A DNA stretch of 64,000 nucleotides from an uncultured archaeon (GTDB lineage Archaea; Thermoproteota; EX4484-205; JAAOZP01): contig CALIBN010000017.1 of NCBI GenBank assembly GCA_938045545.1, positions 64,519 through 128,518 on the forward strand, given 5' to 3'. Shown piece after piece: positions 8,859-21,499 of this stretch. The notes beneath the pieces are model-generated. The model was not told the DNA's origin. It saw only the letters and a program-made list of their open reading frames with translations, and did no database searches. The position numbers were made by a program, and so were the translations under genes. Every line of letters starts with the position of its first letter. Within the stretch, counting starts at the first letter, position 1.

Positions 8859-10196
8859 TTACTTGCTGGCTATCACCACGTTTCGGAACTTTAAGGAGGG
8901 TGCTGAAACCCCGTAGTCTTGTCTGGTATCGTTGCCAACCATGTCTAAACCGTCTTTAAACATCTCGTAGAAATTGCCCGAGATAACCCCGTTCTTCACG
9001 GGCCTAGCTATCTCGCCGTTCTCAACCACGTATGCGTGGGTTATGGTGGCGTTTAAATGCCCGCTCACAGGGTTCGACATCCATTCTCCTATCGTGCTCA
9101 TCACTAGCACACCGTTCCTTGTCTCGCTGATGATCTCTTCAAAGGTTGCGTCTCCGGATTTAAGGTGGAGATGATGTAGAGAGGGCCTCGGCGCCGTGGA
9201 GTAGCCTCTCGACGCGTTGCCAGTGGACTCCCTCCCCTCCCTGTTCGCGGTATAAGTATCGTAGACAAACGTGTTTAGAACACCCTTGCCCACTATCGTC
9301 AGGTTCCGCGTGGGGAATCCCTCGTCGTCAAAGGGCTTGGAGCCCAGCGTGTTCACGTTGGAACCAAAATCCTCTATAGTGATCTTTTCCGACATTATCT
9401 CCATGCCTATCTTTCCGACTAGGGGCGACCTGCCCTCCTGAACGTTCAAAGCTGAAACAGCTGGGCTAAGCATGACGGGTAGCAGGGAGTCTGAAACCCT
9501 GTTGAGCGTCACCACCTCGTACTTCCCGTTGGGTATTGAGCCTGCTTTAACGAACTCTCTGGCTCTCGACCCTGCTTCAACACCCGTCTTCCCAGCCTCC
9601 AGCCTCCTGAGGCTTCTAGCTATACTGTATTCAGAGTAGGTGCCGACTTCACCAGCCTCGTCGACCCTCGCATCTATGTAGAGGAACGCCATGGTCTCCC
9701 TCCTTGTAACCGGCCCACCGTAAGTGTTAGCGTAAGTCGCCTCCATGGCTCTGGACGTCAGGAAGCCTCGGATAGGCTTAGCCTCCCTACAGCCCTCCTT
9801 AACAGAGTCGAAAAGCTCCCTCGCGATGGGAAGCAGGTCCACCGGCGTCGCCTCTGCAGTAGCCTTGTCAAAGGTTTCTCCAATATCCTTTGTCCCGATC
9901 TTCTCATTCATCCCCGCCCATCTTGGGTCGGGTGGAGAAACCCTTGCTATTGAAACAGCAGACCTTACGGCGTTCTCAACACCTGTTTCGCTTAAATCCT
10001 GGGTTCCGACGATGGCTGTAGACTTTCCAACGGCGATCCTGATTCCGAAGGATTTCAGCCTGACAGTCTTCGAAGCCTCAACGTCTCCCGCAAGGGTTAA
10101 GGATGTCTCAGCCGTGCTCAGCAGGAAGGCCTCTGCCTCTGAGGCGCCCAGTTCAACAGCCCTCTTAACAGCCTTCTCAACATCCATCTTAACCAC
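8859..10196 (-). CDS. pmbA: TldE/PmbA family protein
   Basis: PFDDEG, STGNASR and NPVSG motifs; lacks HExxxH; paired with tldD. Confidence 0.88.
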   Translation of the reverse strand: MVKMDVEKAVKRAVELGASEAEAFLLSTAETSLTLAGDVEASKTVRLKSFGIRIAVGKSTAIVGTQDLSETGVENAVRSAVSIARVSPPDPRWAGMNEKIGTKDIGETFDKATAEATPVDLLPIARELFDSVKEGCREAKPIRGFLTSRAMEATYANTYGGPVTRRETMAFLYIDARVDEAGEVGTYSEYSIARSLRRLEAGKTGVEAGSRAREFVKAGSIPNGKYEVVTLNRVSDSLLPVMLSPAVSALNVQEGRSPLVGKIGMEIMSEKITIEDFGSNVNTLGSKPFDDEGFPTRNLTIVGKGVLNTFVYDTYTANREGRESTGNASRGYSTAPRPSLHHLHLKSGDATFEEIISETRNGVLVMSTIGEWMSNPVSGHLNATITHAYVVENGEIARPVKNGVISGNFYEMFKDGLDMVGNDTRQDYGVSAPSLKFRNVVIASK

Positions 10197-11577
10197 CTCC
10201 GACGATGAGCTCCCTAATCATCACGTGGGGTCCCCCGTCTCCAACCCTGGCTAGCTGGTTATCCTTGCCGCAGCCGCCGAAGGCTGAGGTCGTTATCCTC
10301 AGGTCTCTCCCGACTGCTTCAACACCATTAAGCGTTTCAAGTATTGAGCCGGAGATGACTACACCCCTTACCAGCTCGGCAAGCCCCCCCTCGCGTATCA
10401 TCCATGAGGGTCCGGCGGAGAAAGTGAATGTTCCGGAAGCGGTGTCAACCTGGCCTCCCGTTGCCCCCCTTCCCAAAATATATATTCCCTCCCCCACTTC
10501 CCTAATGATCTCCTCGAAACCATGATCCCTAGGCGTCATGAAGAAGTTTGTTTGCCTCACGATCGGGAAATGGGTGAAGTCCTGCGCCCTACTGTTCCCT
10601 GAAACAGGCAGGTTAAGCATGCCTGCCGTCTCCCTGCCCGTCATGAAGGATTTTAACACGCCGTTTTCAACGACAACAACCCTCCTTTTAATGTTGCCCT
10701 CGTCGTCAAACGGGACGAAGTATCCCCCCTCAGCAAGACCGTCGTCAACTATTGTCACCGAGGGTGAAGCTATCTCGCTTCCAAGCCTTCCGGATAGTAT
10801 TGAGTCACCTGAGGAAACAAGGTCGCCCTCGCACGCATGCCCAAAAGCCTCGTGAAGTATTAGGCCAACCATCTCCGGGTCGGCAACAGCCTTAAGCCTA
10901 CCCGGCGGAGGAAGCGGCGCTCTAACAGCCTCATTAGCCAGCTTGCTGACGCCTAGCGAGAACTCTGCCCAGTTTTTGCCCTCTATGAACTCCCAGCCGG
11001 CTACGGCGGACTCCTGGTCGCCAACCCTCTCCATCGCCCCAGCTTCAAAAGCAACGCTCATATGTCCAAGACCAAGCAATGATGACTCGTATTCCAGGTC
11101 CACCCCGTCGCTCGTAACGACATACCTCCAGTCGCGCTGGACGCCTAACCTAGTTACAGCAGACTTTATCCCCTCTAGGCTCAACCCAGCCTTATTAGCC
11201 TCTAGTGTAAGACTGACCTTCTCCTCGTCTGAAACATCCTCGGGTTTTTTCCTGCAGGCGGATTTGAAAACCCCTTTGCATGCCTTTCTCTCGCCAAGCT
11301 TCTCCACCTTCCTGGATACTCTGGCTGCGGATATGGCTTTCTCAACAGCCTCCTTGACGCTTTCACGGTTAAGGTCGTTCGTAGACGAGAAGCCGAACCT
11401 GCCGTTGTAAAACACTCTGATGCCCAGCCCGGCTGAGAAAGTCTTGGAAAACTCTTTCAGAACCCCGTTGTCGATCGTGATCAACTCGTAGTTTGTCCGT
11501 TGAGCCCTGGCTTCAACATAGGTCGTGCCAAGTTTTTCAGCTATGTTCAACCCATAGGCCGCAAGCTCCTTCAACAT
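10189..11577 (-). CDS. tldD: TldD metalloprotease
   Basis: HEAFGH zinc motif, PFDDEG, GNSRAQ, RQTN and C-terminal GCGK...GGPH. Confidence 0.92.
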   Translation of the reverse strand: MLKELAAYGLNIAEKLGTTYVEARAQRTNYELITIDNGVLKEFSKTFSAGLGIRVFYNGRFGFSSTNDLNRESVKEAVEKAISAARVSRKVEKLGERKACKGVFKSACRKKPEDVSDEEKVSLTLEANKAGLSLEGIKSAVTRLGVQRDWRYVVTSDGVDLEYESSLLGLGHMSVAFEAGAMERVGDQESAVAGWEFIEGKNWAEFSLGVSKLANEAVRAPLPPPGRLKAVADPEMVGLILHEAFGHACEGDLVSSGDSILSGRLGSEIASPSVTIVDDGLAEGGYFVPFDDEGNIKRRVVVVENGVLKSFMTGRETAGMLNLPVSGNSRAQDFTHFPIVRQTNFFMTPRDHGFEEIIREVGEGIYILGRGATGGQVDTASGTFTFSAGPSWMIREGGLAELVRGVVISGSILETLNGVEAVGRDLRITTSAFGGCGKDNQLARVGDGGPHVMIRELIVGGG

Positions 11578-11733
11578 TTCAACTATTTAAAAAAACGGGT
11601 TAAACAGGCTATTAAGTCTTCCTATGGGCATCGGCCTGTATTGCTCTAAAGGAAATTCTGGTTGCGCCTATTTCGACTGGGAAAAATAGTTTTATATCTA
11701 GTTCTCCCATTCAATAGGGCAGGGAGTTGAGCG

Positions 11734-13404
11734 TTGAGGAGCACCGTGAATGACGGTACTGTTGTTTCAGAGGAGATGCGGATGGGCCGGGGGAAAGGCT
11801 TTAGGGTTTTCTCAATGCTTAAGTCTCGTAGAAAGATGTTGGCTCTGAGCCTCATAATCATTATACTTTTCTCTACCGCAATATACTTTTTAGCAAGTTT
11901 TGTAGCAAGGCCCAGTGTAATAGGCATTCTAAAAGTAGAGGGAGCGCTGCTCACCGGTGACCAGGCTGCCCTATATTCGCAGGCGATAATGGAGGCAATG
12001 TTAAACGACAGTATAAGAGGGATTGTGCTTAAAGTGGATTCTCCAGGAGGCTACGCCGACCTGGTTGAGCAGGTTTACCTGGATCTTTTAGAGCTGAAAG
12101 CTAGGAAGCCGCTCGTAGCCTCAATAACAATGGCCCTGTCTGGAGGCTACTATATTTCCGTCGCCTCAGACTACATATATGCGCATCCGAGCGCGACTGT
12201 GGGGAACATCGGAGTAATCGGTATCGGTCCCCCGATCCTCGTGCCCTCGGAAACTGTTCTCGAGAGCGGTGTGCATAAGGCAACAGGATTCTCGAGACTA
12301 CTGTTCTCCTTTAACATGAGCCGGGTTCTTGAAAACTTCGTCAAGGCTGTTGAGCTTGGAAGGGGAAGCAGGCTTAGACTCCCCCCTAACGTGCTTCGCA
12401 GGGGCTCTATATACATGGGGAGCGAGGCTTTGGAAGCCGGGCTCGTCGACGAGCTGGGCTCGGTTGAGAGCGCCCTGAAGAGGGTTGCGCAGGCAGCCGG
12501 GGTGGCTAAGTATTCCGTCGTGGACCTGGTTGAATCAGTGAAGAGCAGGTTTAAAGCTGGGACCAGCTTAGAGGAGCAGGCTCCCTGGGCTAACCTGACG
12601 GTGGATAAGCTTAAAGAGCTTCACCCACCACCCTCCATCTACTATCTTTACCTTCCTACTAACGCTTCACTCTACTCTTCTTCGGCGGCTGCTCAAAACT
12701 TCGGCGAATGGGCTGGCGTAGATGGTAAAAGCCTGGTTCTAGTCGACATGTCTCACGGCAACAGGGTTACCTACTGGAACCTTGAGGTTTTAGCTAGGGA
12801 GCTTATGCTCAGGAACGCCACAATCTCCCTCGCGACGAGCTGGAACATGCTGGAGTCTAAGCTTGGTTCTGCTGAAGGAGTGTTAATAGCTGCTCCAACA
12901 CTGCCCTACTCGGAGGAACAGGTTGAAAGGCTAAGGAGCTTCGTGGAGTCGGGGAAGACACTAGTGATAATGTATGATCCTGCGGAGGAATACGTGAAGA
13001 TCCCGGACCTTACTTGGCCGGTGAACTCCCTATCCATGGGCCTCGGCATATTCTTCAACAGCGGCTATCTTTACGACGAGCACCAGTTCTTCGGCATGTA
13101 TAGAAACATATATGTAGAGGACTTCAGGAATCACACGCTCACCCTGAACATCTCTAGAATAGTTTTTTTCACGGCTACAGGTGTTTGTTCAACCGGTAAA
13201 GGTGTTGCCTGGACTTCTAACACTACTTTCTCATCGGTATCGGAGAAGGCAAAAACTTATGATGTGATTAGCGTCGTTGAGTTAAAAGGGATGGTCATAG
13301 CCATTGGCGACATCACCTTCATGCAGGAGCCCTACTGCTACGTTGAGGATAACTATAGGCTCGTGCAAAACTTAGCCTCCCTTATGACCTCCGGGGCGAA
13401 ATAG
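11734..13404 (+). CDS. SppA/S49 peptidase with an N-terminal membrane anchor and a C-terminal GATase-like (GIFT/DUF4350-type) domain
   Basis: TM helix, DSPGG, ALSGGYY (catalytic Ser), GNIGV and GVHK; C-terminal half has VLVDMSHGN...DNYRLVQNL. The true start is probably downstream of 11734. Confidence 0.8.
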   Translation: MRSTVNDGTVVSEEMRMGRGKGFRVFSMLKSRRKMLALSLIIIILFSTAIYFLASFVARPSVIGILKVEGALLTGDQAALYSQAIMEAMLNDSIRGIVLKVDSPGGYADLVEQVYLDLLELKARKPLVASITMALSGGYYISVASDYIYAHPSATVGNIGVIGIGPPILVPSETVLESGVHKATGFSRLLFSFNMSRVLENFVKAVELGRGSRLRLPPNVLRRGSIYMGSEALEAGLVDELGSVESALKRVAQAAGVAKYSVVDLVESVKSRFKAGTSLEEQAPWANLTVDKLKELHPPPSIYYLYLPTNASLYSSSAAAQNFGEWAGVDGKSLVLVDMSHGNRVTYWNLEVLARELMLRNATISLATSWNMLESKLGSAEGVLIAAPTLPYSEEQVERLRSFVESGKTLVIMYDPAEEYVKIPDLTWPVNSLSMGLGIFFNSGYLYDEHQFFGMYRNIYVEDFRNHTLTLNISRIVFFTATGVCSTGKGVAWTSNTTFSSVSEKAKTYDVISVVELKGMVIAIGDITFMQEPYCYVEDNYRLVQNLASLMTSGAK

Positions 13405-13465
13405 ACAACTAACCCAAAAAGCAAAGAAAAGATTTATATTATAAGGCTGTGGATATATCAACGTC

Positions 13466-13869
13466 ATGTCCAAAGTAGAAAAAGATTGAGGGTATCGGAT
13501 CCACATACGCAAAAAAGCTCGGTGAAGTCGGGATCAAAACTACCGATGACCTACTTGAGGCCGGCAGGACGAAAGATGGAAGGAAGGCCTTGCTGAGAAG
13601 ACCGGCATTCCGGAAAAGCTATTCCTTGAATGGGTGAACCTCGCAGACTTCTTCGGGATCAAGGGAATTGGAGAGGAATACTCCGACCTGCTTGAGGAAG
13701 CTGGCGTCGACACGGTTGCTGAACTTGCCAGAAGAGACCCGGCGAGCCTCCACGCCAAGATCCTTGAGGTCAATAAGGAGAAAAAGCTCGTGAGGAGGCC
13801 GCCCACGCTAAAGCAGGTACAGACTGGATTGAGCAAGCGAAGAAACTTCCGAGGAAAGTAGAATACTGA
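13466..13869 (+). pseudogene. DUF4332 (helix-hairpin-helix) protein with three frameshifts
   Basis: MSKVE/KIEGIGSTYAKKLGEVGIKTTDDLL.../LAEKTGIPEKLFLEWVNLADFFGIKGIGEEYSDLLEEAGVDTVAELA.../DWIEQAKKLPRKVEY*; reconstructs to about 134 aa. Confidence 0.8.
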
Positions 13870-14071
13870 AAACCGGGCCGCCCAACCCCTAGGTTTCCTT
13901 CTCCTTTTTCTAATTTTTCTAATTTTACATATTTTTGACTTAGAACCTCCTCTTCCTTGCTATTGTTGATTAAGGGCAACCGAATGCTTAAAATTGGTTG
14001 GCAAGTGAGAAAAAAGTATCATGGCATTTAACAGGCTTAAGGCAGATAGGTTTGCCGAAGCCGTGGGAGTG

Positions 14072-15253
14072 TCAAGTCACGATTTCCTCAAGCCTATTAT
14101 TCGCGGCAGCGTGTTTAATCTCGAGCATCGGCAGGTCCATGGGAGTCTCTATTCTCTCTAATCCGTATTTTCTAAGGAAGCTGAGGTATTTCAGGGTGAG
14201 CCGGCGCATCTCGGGAGAGGTCGGTCCCACGCACGGGCACCCGGGTATCCTTGGACTGACGTCGAAAACGTAGAACTCCAGCCTTTTCTGCTCAGGGTCT
14301 TCAGCATCGTATGCTATTGCTCCCTGAAGCGCGAAAAGCCCTATCATCCCAGGCGGGTACTCCTTTTCACATATCCTTCTGAACTTTTCGGCAGCCCTGT
14401 AGACTAAAGGTTTTAGAGATTCCCTCATCGTCAACCCGTAGTGGCCGACCTCCTCGTTCTTAATAGGCACGTCCAGAGATAACTGACTTTTAGCAGGTAG
14501 CCCGAGTACGCCGTGTAGGTTTGTTTGCTTCCTGTCGTCGAATCCAAGTAGGTCGAAGTCGTCGAAAACGTCTTTCAAAGCCCATCCTTGAAAGTTAGCG
14601 TTAAACTTCTGGCCCAGCACATACTCCTCTATCCTTGCTTTTCTCAATCCCTCCTCGCTTATCACATCCCTTCTGATGAGCTCCTCAACCTTCTCGTAGT
14701 ACTCTTGCGGCGAGGAGGCGTAGAAGAATGCTCTTTCAAGCGGCTTCCTCTTCTGCTGAACCTTAACTATCACCAGCCTGTCGATCTCCTCAGGCTTGCT
14801 GAACCTCCGTGGCATTTTTATTCCCGCCTTCTCCAGAAGCCAGTACTGGTTTCTCTCCTCGCCGCGCTCCTCCGCCCTCAGAATCATCCTGTTGCCGTAT
14901 AATGGAACCCTGAAGACCTTCTCAATATTATCGTAGCCAACGTAGACTGAGAAAGACCTATTCGGAATAAAAATGGTGCTAAGACTTATCATTTTCTCCT
15001 GAACCTCTTCGCCAACCATGTCTGAGAACCTGTCAACCATTAACACGTGGTCGAAAAGATGCTTGTTATACTTGGCGTACAGCTCCTCCCTGCCCTTCTG
15101 GCATACGACGAGCGTCTTGAAACCCATCGCTTTCGCTGAGACGCCTACCTCCTCCGCTGAATGCGAGCCCAGCACGCCAATGGTTATGTTGCTGGCGTCG
15201 TATTTTGAAACAATTTCCCGAGCCTCCTCCAACCTAACAGTCATGCTGATCAC
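14072..15253 (-). CDS. purP: PurP-like ATP-grasp formate-dependent AICAR formyltransferase paralog
   Basis: IGVLGSHSA, FIPNRSFSVYVGY, LERAFF and DVSPRIPG motifs. Confidence 0.82.
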   Translation of the reverse strand: MISMTVRLEEAREIVSKYDASNITIGVLGSHSAEEVGVSAKAMGFKTLVVCQKGREELYAKYNKHLFDHVLMVDRFSDMVGEEVQEKMISLSTIFIPNRSFSVYVGYDNIEKVFRVPLYGNRMILRAEERGEERNQYWLLEKAGIKMPRRFSKPEEIDRLVIVKVQQKRKPLERAFFYASSPQEYYEKVEELIRRDVISEEGLRKARIEEYVLGQKFNANFQGWALKDVFDDFDLLGFDDRKQTNLHGVLGLPAKSQLSLDVPIKNEEVGHYGLTMRESLKPLVYRAAEKFRRICEKEYPPGMIGLFALQGAIAYDAEDPEQKRLEFYVFDVSPRIPGCPCVGPTSPEMRRLTLKYLSFLRKYGLERIETPMDLPMLEIKHAAANNRLEEIVT

Positions 15254-15272
15254 TGAATAATGTTTAACCAGG

Positions 15273-16358
<1,086 letters not shown>

Positions 16359-16504
16359 TCAAAAAACCTAAGGAATCAAAACCGTCTCCTACTTTAAATT
16401 AGAGGCGTTCACAGAACCGATTAAGTCCATGTTTCTCCCATTAGATTTATAAACAAGGGTTTTTGTCTCCACGACCCAGTTAAAGGAGTGGCTAGGGATA
16501 AACC

Positions 16505-18556
16505 ATGGGGTGGTTTCAGGCGACGTCGATAGCCGGCTTGGCTGCCGTAGGGTTAGCAGGCTACCTGTATAGGTATGTGGCGAAAGAGGAAAGCGGCACT
16601 GAAAGGATGAAGGAGATTGCGAACGCTATAAAGGAGGGTGCTAAAGCCTATCTTAAAAGGCAGAATTCCACGCTGGCTGTTTTCGTCTTGGTGATGGCGA
16701 TTGTTCTCGGGGTGCTGTACTCTTTCTCCCATGAGAACGTTTACTATGGATTGAGCGTTGCCTCAGCCTATGTGCTAGGCTCCATGTGCTCAACTATCGC
16801 TGCCTACGTCGGCATGATGGCTGCTGTCGAGGCTAACGTTCGGACTGCTAACTCTGCTAAACAGGGTTTGAAGAAGGCTTTCCCAGTAGCCTTTTACGGC
16901 GGTGCAGTCATGGGGCTTTTCGTCGTCGGCCTTGCTCTCCTAGGCATAAGCTTCCTATTTTATCTTTACAACATTGTCTTCGGCTGGAGTGCCGAGGACG
17001 CGTCAAGCGTTGTCCTAGGGTTCAGCTTCGGGGCCAGTGCCCTCGCGCTCTTCGCCAAGGCCGGTGGAGGAATATATACGAAGACTGCTGACATAAGCGC
17101 GGACCTCGTTGGAAAGGTTGAGCTAGGTATTCCTGAGGACGATCCTAGGAACCCGGCAGTTATTGCTGACAACGTTGGCGACAATGTGGGGGATGTTGCG
17201 GGAATGGGGGCTGACCTGGTTGACTCATACATAGCGAGCATCGTCGCCACGATGATCATCGGCGCTGAGCTGCGTGAAGCAGTGTTAACCACGCTGCCAC
17301 TAATGATAGCCGCCATAGGCCTTTTCGCCTCGCTAGTAGGTGTCTTCATAGTTAGGCAGAGCATAAAGGGGAACCCTGGCGCGGCGCTCAACAGGGGCTC
17401 GTTCGCCACATGGCTAGTCTTCGCGGTTTTCCTCTTGGTCTTAACCTATTTTTCAGGGCTGGAGGGCAACAGGTGGCTCGGGGTGTTTCTACCCACGGCC
17501 GCGGGTTTAACAGCCGGGGTAATCATCGGAATCACGTCGGACTACTTCACCTCCATAGACAGAATGCCCGCTAGGAAGGTGGCTCAGGCCTCAGTAACCG
17601 GGGCTGCTATAAACATTCTCACAGGCTTCTCCTACGGTATAATCAGCATAGTTCCGTCTGTAATCGGCATCTGCGCCGCTACTCTAGCAGCCTGGTATCT
17701 GGCCGAGGCTTTCGGCGTAAGCCCGTTCTACGGCATTGCGATATCAGCCGTTGGAATGCTCGCAACAGTAGGCATGACTATTGCGGCCGACGCTTACGGG
17801 CCTGTTTCAGACAACGCGAAGGGTATTGCTGAGCAATCCGGCTTGGGGGAGGAGGTTATTGAGATTGCAGACAGGCTTGACGCCGCTGGGAACACTACGA
17901 AAGCCATCACGAAAGGTTTCGCCATAGGTGCGGCAGCGCTTACTGTTCTAGCGCTTTTCGCAGCCTATGCTCACCTGGTCGATATTGAAATGCTTGACCT
18001 GATGAAGCCGGGTGTTGTCGTCGGGGTTTTCATAGGCGGGATGATGCCGCCGCTGCTCTCAGCCCTCCTGATACTCGCTGTCGGAAGGAACGCTGAGCGA
18101 ATGGTTGAGGAGGTTAGGCGCCAGTTTAAAGAGATCCCTGGCTTGATGGATGGGAGTGCGAAGCCTGATTACGCTAGGTGCGTAGACATCGCTACAAAGG
18201 GTGCAATAAGAGAGCTGATGCTGCCCTGCTCTTTAGCAATAGTGGTCCCGGTTTTGATCATGGTGCTGCTTGGGAAGGAGGCGCTCGCAGGCTTCCTCGC
18301 AGGCAGCATTGTCACGGGCATAATATTCGCGCTCTTCATGGCCAACTCGGGTGGGCTCTGGGATAACGCTAAGAAATACATCGAGTCTGGGGCGCACGGT
18401 GGGAAAGGCTCGGAGGCGCATAAGGCTGCTGTCACAGGCGACACCGTGGGAGACCCGTTTAAAGACACAGCCGGCCCGTCGTTGAACACTATGATCACAG
18501 TCATGTCCCTGGTGGCGGAGGTCTTCGCCCCGTTAATACTCTTATTGGCCCAGTGA
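16505..18556 (+). CDS. hppA: Membrane-bound H+-translocating pyrophosphatase (K+-independent type)
   Basis: [40 protein letters not shown] and [14 protein letters not shown] motifs. GNTTKA has Lys at the K+-dependence determinant. Confidence 0.95.
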   Translation: MGWFQATSIAGLAAVGLAGYLYRYVAKEESGTERMKEIANAIKEGAKAYLKRQNSTLAVFVLVMAIVLGVLYSFSHENVYYGLSVASAYVLGSMCSTIAAYVGMMAAVEANVRTANSAKQGLKKAFPVAFYGGAVMGLFVVGLALLGISFLFYLYNIVFGWSAEDASSVVLGFSFGASALALFAKAGGGIYTKTADISADLVGKVELGIPEDDPRNPAVIADNVGDNVGDVAGMGADLVDSYIASIVATMIIGAELREAVLTTLPLMIAAIGLFASLVGVFIVRQSIKGNPGAALNRGSFATWLVFAVFLLVLTYFSGLEGNRWLGVFLPTAAGLTAGVIIGITSDYFTSIDRMPARKVAQASVTGAAINILTGFSYGIISIVPSVIGICAATLAAWYLAEAFGVSPFYGIAISAVGMLATVGMTIAADAYGPVSDNAKGIAEQSGLGEEVIEIADRLDAAGNTTKAITKGFAIGAAALTVLALFAAYAHLVDIEMLDLMKPGVVVGVFIGGMMPPLLSALLILAVGRNAERMVEEVRRQFKEIPGLMDGSAKPDYARCVDIATKGAIRELMLPCSLAIVVPVLIMVLLGKEALAGFLAGSIVTGIIFALFMANSGGLWDNAKKYIESGAHGGKGSEAHKAAVTGDTVGDPFKDTAGPSLNTMITVMSLVAEVFAPLILLLAQ

Positions 18557-18638
18557 TTTTTCAAAAAGACGTTCTAACAATAGTTAATCTTATAAGCTGG
18601 TTTCTCCGCGCTTTGCTGAGAATAAGGAGAGGTCATCA

Positions 18639-21464
18639 ATGTCTAAGCCTTGGCACGCCAAGAGCGTTGAAGAAGTCTTACAGGAGCTGGGCGTGAACCG
18701 TGAAGGATTATCCATTCAAGAGGCTGTTGAAAGGCTCAAGAAATATGGGCCTAATGAGATCAAGGAGGTGAAGCGCAGAACCGTCCTCCAAATGTTTCTA
18801 GACGAGTTTAAAGACATCTTTATTCTTCTGCTGATCGCCGCGACGGTCTTCTCCGCGATAATCGGCTACTATGAGATGCTGCAGGGCGGGGAGTTCATGG
18901 AGTCTTTCGCCGATGTTATTACGATAAGCGCGATAGTTTTTATGTGCGCTGTCACCGGTTTCATTCAGGAATACAGGGCTGAGAAGGCTGTTGAAGCCCT
19001 TAAGAAATTGGCTGCTCCCAAGGCCCGCGTAATAAGGGATGGTGTGGAAAACATTATTCCGGCGAGCGAAGTAGTCCCAGGAGATATTCTTGCGCTTGAG
19101 GCGGGCGACCATGTTCCGGCTGACGCCCGCATTATTGAGGCGGTTGAGCTGAAGGCTAACGAGGCGGTTTTAACAGGGGAATCCGTCCCGGTGGTTAAAG
19201 AGGCAACGGTCCTTAAGGAGGATGCGCCTGTTTCCGAGAGGCGTAACATGGTTTTCTCCGCAACCCACATAGTCTACGGCAGGGGGAAGGCTGTTGCAAC
19301 AGCCACAGGCATGAACACGGAGTTCGGAAAAATCGCGCGCATGGTTCAGACGGCTGAAGAAGAGGAGACTCCTCTCCAGAGGAAGCTGAACAGGTTTGCA
19401 AGTAAAATAGCTCGAGTCGTCATCTTGGTATGTGCAGTGATTTTCGCACTTGAAGCCTTAGAGGTGGTGATGCAGGGCCGTTTCGAGCCTGAGGGCTTTA
19501 TCCAGGCTTTCATGTCATCCATAGCTTTAGCAATATCCGCCGTACCAGAAGGGCTTCCAGCAATAGTCACAGTAGCCTTAGCCCTCGGCGCCAGAGAGTT
19601 TGCGAAGCGGAACGCTATTGTGAGACGCTTATCTTCAGCGGAGAGCTTGGGCGCGGTTACGGTAATATGCTCAGACAAGACTGGCACAATAACCAAGGGA
19701 GAGATGACTGTTCGAAAACTATATGTTGAAGATAAGCTTTTCGAGGTTACCGGGGTTGGCTACGAGCCGAAGGGGGAGTTCCGTCTCGGCGACGATTCGG
19801 TGAAGCCTGAGGGTAGCCTTGAGCTGCTCCTGAGGATAGGTGTCCTGTGCAACAATGCCAGCTTGAGGAGGAATGACAAGAACAATACTTGGGAGATCTT
19901 CGGAGACCCTACTGAGGGAGCTCTCATCGTTGCGGCTGCTAAGGCTGGGCTTGAGAAGGGGGCTCTGGAGGAGAGGTTCCCAAGGATTGGCGAGATCCCG
20001 TTCACTTCCGAAAGGAAACGCATGACCACTATCCATAAGACTCCGGATGGAGAGATCCATGCTTACATGAAGGGGGCTCCTGAAATCGTGTTAGAAAGAT
20101 GCACTCGCATCCTTGAGAACGGTGTGGAAAAGGATTTGACGATGGAGAAGAGAAAGAGGATTCTCGAGGTTAACGAGCAGCTGGCTGGGGATGCTTTAAG
20201 GATGCTTGCGATGGCTTATCGGCGCCTGCCGGAAAACATGGAGAAGCATGAGGATGAGGCTGTGGAGAGAGATATGGTTTTCATCGGGCTCCAGGGGATG
20301 ATTGACCCACCGAGGGAGGAGGCTATAGAGGCTAACAAGCTTTGCCAGAAGGCAGGCATAAAGACCGTTATGATAACCGGGGACCATAAGCTGACGGCCG
20401 TCGCGGTTGCCAGGGAGGTAGGGATCTTCAAAGAGGGCGACCTGGTTTTAACAGGCAAGGACTTGGATGAGTTGAGCGACGAGGAGTTTGAGAAGAACGT
20501 TGAAAGAGTCACGGTTTACGCGAGGGTTTCTCCTGAACATAAGCTTAGGATTGTTAACGCGTTGAGGAGGAAGGGCCACATTGTAGCAATGACCGGGGAC
20601 GGGGTTAACGATGCCCCTGCGGTTAAGGCTGCTGACGTAGGCGTTGCAATGGGCATAACTGGGACTGACGTTACCAAGGAGGCTTCAGACCTGATCTTGA
20701 TGGATGACAATTTCGCAACCATAGTTAAGGCTGTTGAACAGGGGAGAGTAATCTATGACAACATTAGAAAATATGCCCGCTTCCTTCTCGCATGCAACTT
20801 CGACGAGCTGCTTGTAATAGGCACGTTCGCCATCCTAGGCGGGTTGTTCGGTGAAACCATGTTTCCACTCCCGCTCCTTCCTGCGATGATCCTCTGGATA
20901 AACCTGGTTACTGACGGTGGTCCTGCAATTGCCCTAGCGACGGATCCTCCAGATGTGGATGTTATGGAGAGACCACCCCGCAAACCGGAGGAAGGCATTC
21001 TCCATGGAATGGGCGCCTTCATAATAGCATCCTTCATACTACAAGCCACTGGAACGTTCCTCGTTTTCTGCTTAGAGTATTACATTTGGCCGGCACACCC
21101 ATGGATGCTCCCAAACGGGACAATAGACGAAATCGCTAGGGAGCTGACTTACAGGGAGGCCACAACCACAGCCTTTGTTCAGGCAGCCATGTTCGAGCTT
21201 TTCGTCGTCTGGAACTGCCGCTCGGAGAAACACAGCGTCTGGAGAATGGGTGGGAAGGCCTTTAGAAACAAGTTCTTCGTGATAGCTGACTTAGCATCCG
21301 CCGCGTTAACCCTCGGAATAACCTACATACCAGTAACACAACAATTATTCCACCTGACTGCATTAAGTCCTGTCGATTTAGCGTACGACATAGGGGTGGC
21401 AAGTTGGGGCCTATTCATCTTTCCGGAGCTATTCATGGGAAGAAAAGTCTGGAAATGGGAATAA
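18639..21464 (+). CDS. P-type cation ATPase (P2A, Ca2+-transporting-like)
   Basis: LTGES, PEGL, CSDKTGT, KGAPE, MITGD, TGDGVNDAPA and WINLVTDG motifs. Confidence 0.93.
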   Translation: MSKPWHAKSVEEVLQELGVNREGLSIQEAVERLKKYGPNEIKEVKRRTVLQMFLDEFKDIFILLLIAATVFSAIIGYYEMLQGGEFMESFADVITISAIVFMCAVTGFIQEYRAEKAVEALKKLAAPKARVIRDGVENIIPASEVVPGDILALEAGDHVPADARIIEAVELKANEAVLTGESVPVVKEATVLKEDAPVSERRNMVFSATHIVYGRGKAVATATGMNTEFGKIARMVQTAEEEETPLQRKLNRFASKIARVVILVCAVIFALEALEVVMQGRFEPEGFIQAFMSSIALAISAVPEGLPAIVTVALALGAREFAKRNAIVRRLSSAESLGAVTVICSDKTGTITKGEMTVRKLYVEDKLFEVTGVGYEPKGEFRLGDDSVKPEGSLELLLRIGVLCNNASLRRNDKNNTWEIFGDPTEGALIVAAAKAGLEKGALEERFPRIGEIPFTSERKRMTTIHKTPDGEIHAYMKGAPEIVLERCTRILENGVEKDLTMEKRKRILEVNEQLAGDALRMLAMAYRRLPENMEKHEDEAVERDMVFIGLQGMIDPPREEAIEANKLCQKAGIKTVMITGDHKLTAVAVAREVGIFKEGDLVLTGKDLDELSDEEFEKNVERVTVYARVSPEHKLRIVNALRRKGHIVAMTGDGVNDAPAVKAADVGVAMGITGTDVTKEASDLILMDDNFATIVKAVEQGRVIYDNIRKYARFLLACNFDELLVIGTFAILGGLFGETMFPLPLLPAMILWINLVTDGGPAIALATDPPDVDVMERPPRKPEEGILHGMGAFIIASFILQATGTFLVFCLEYYIWPAHPWMLPNGTIDEIARELTYREATTTAFVQAAMFELFVVWNCRSEKHSVWRMGGKAFRNKFFVIADLASAALTLGITYIPVTQQLFHLTALSPVDLAYDIGVASWGLFIFPELFMGRKVWKWE

Positions 21465-21499
21465 CGATGAAGTGCTTAAAATACTATTCTTGTCTCAAA

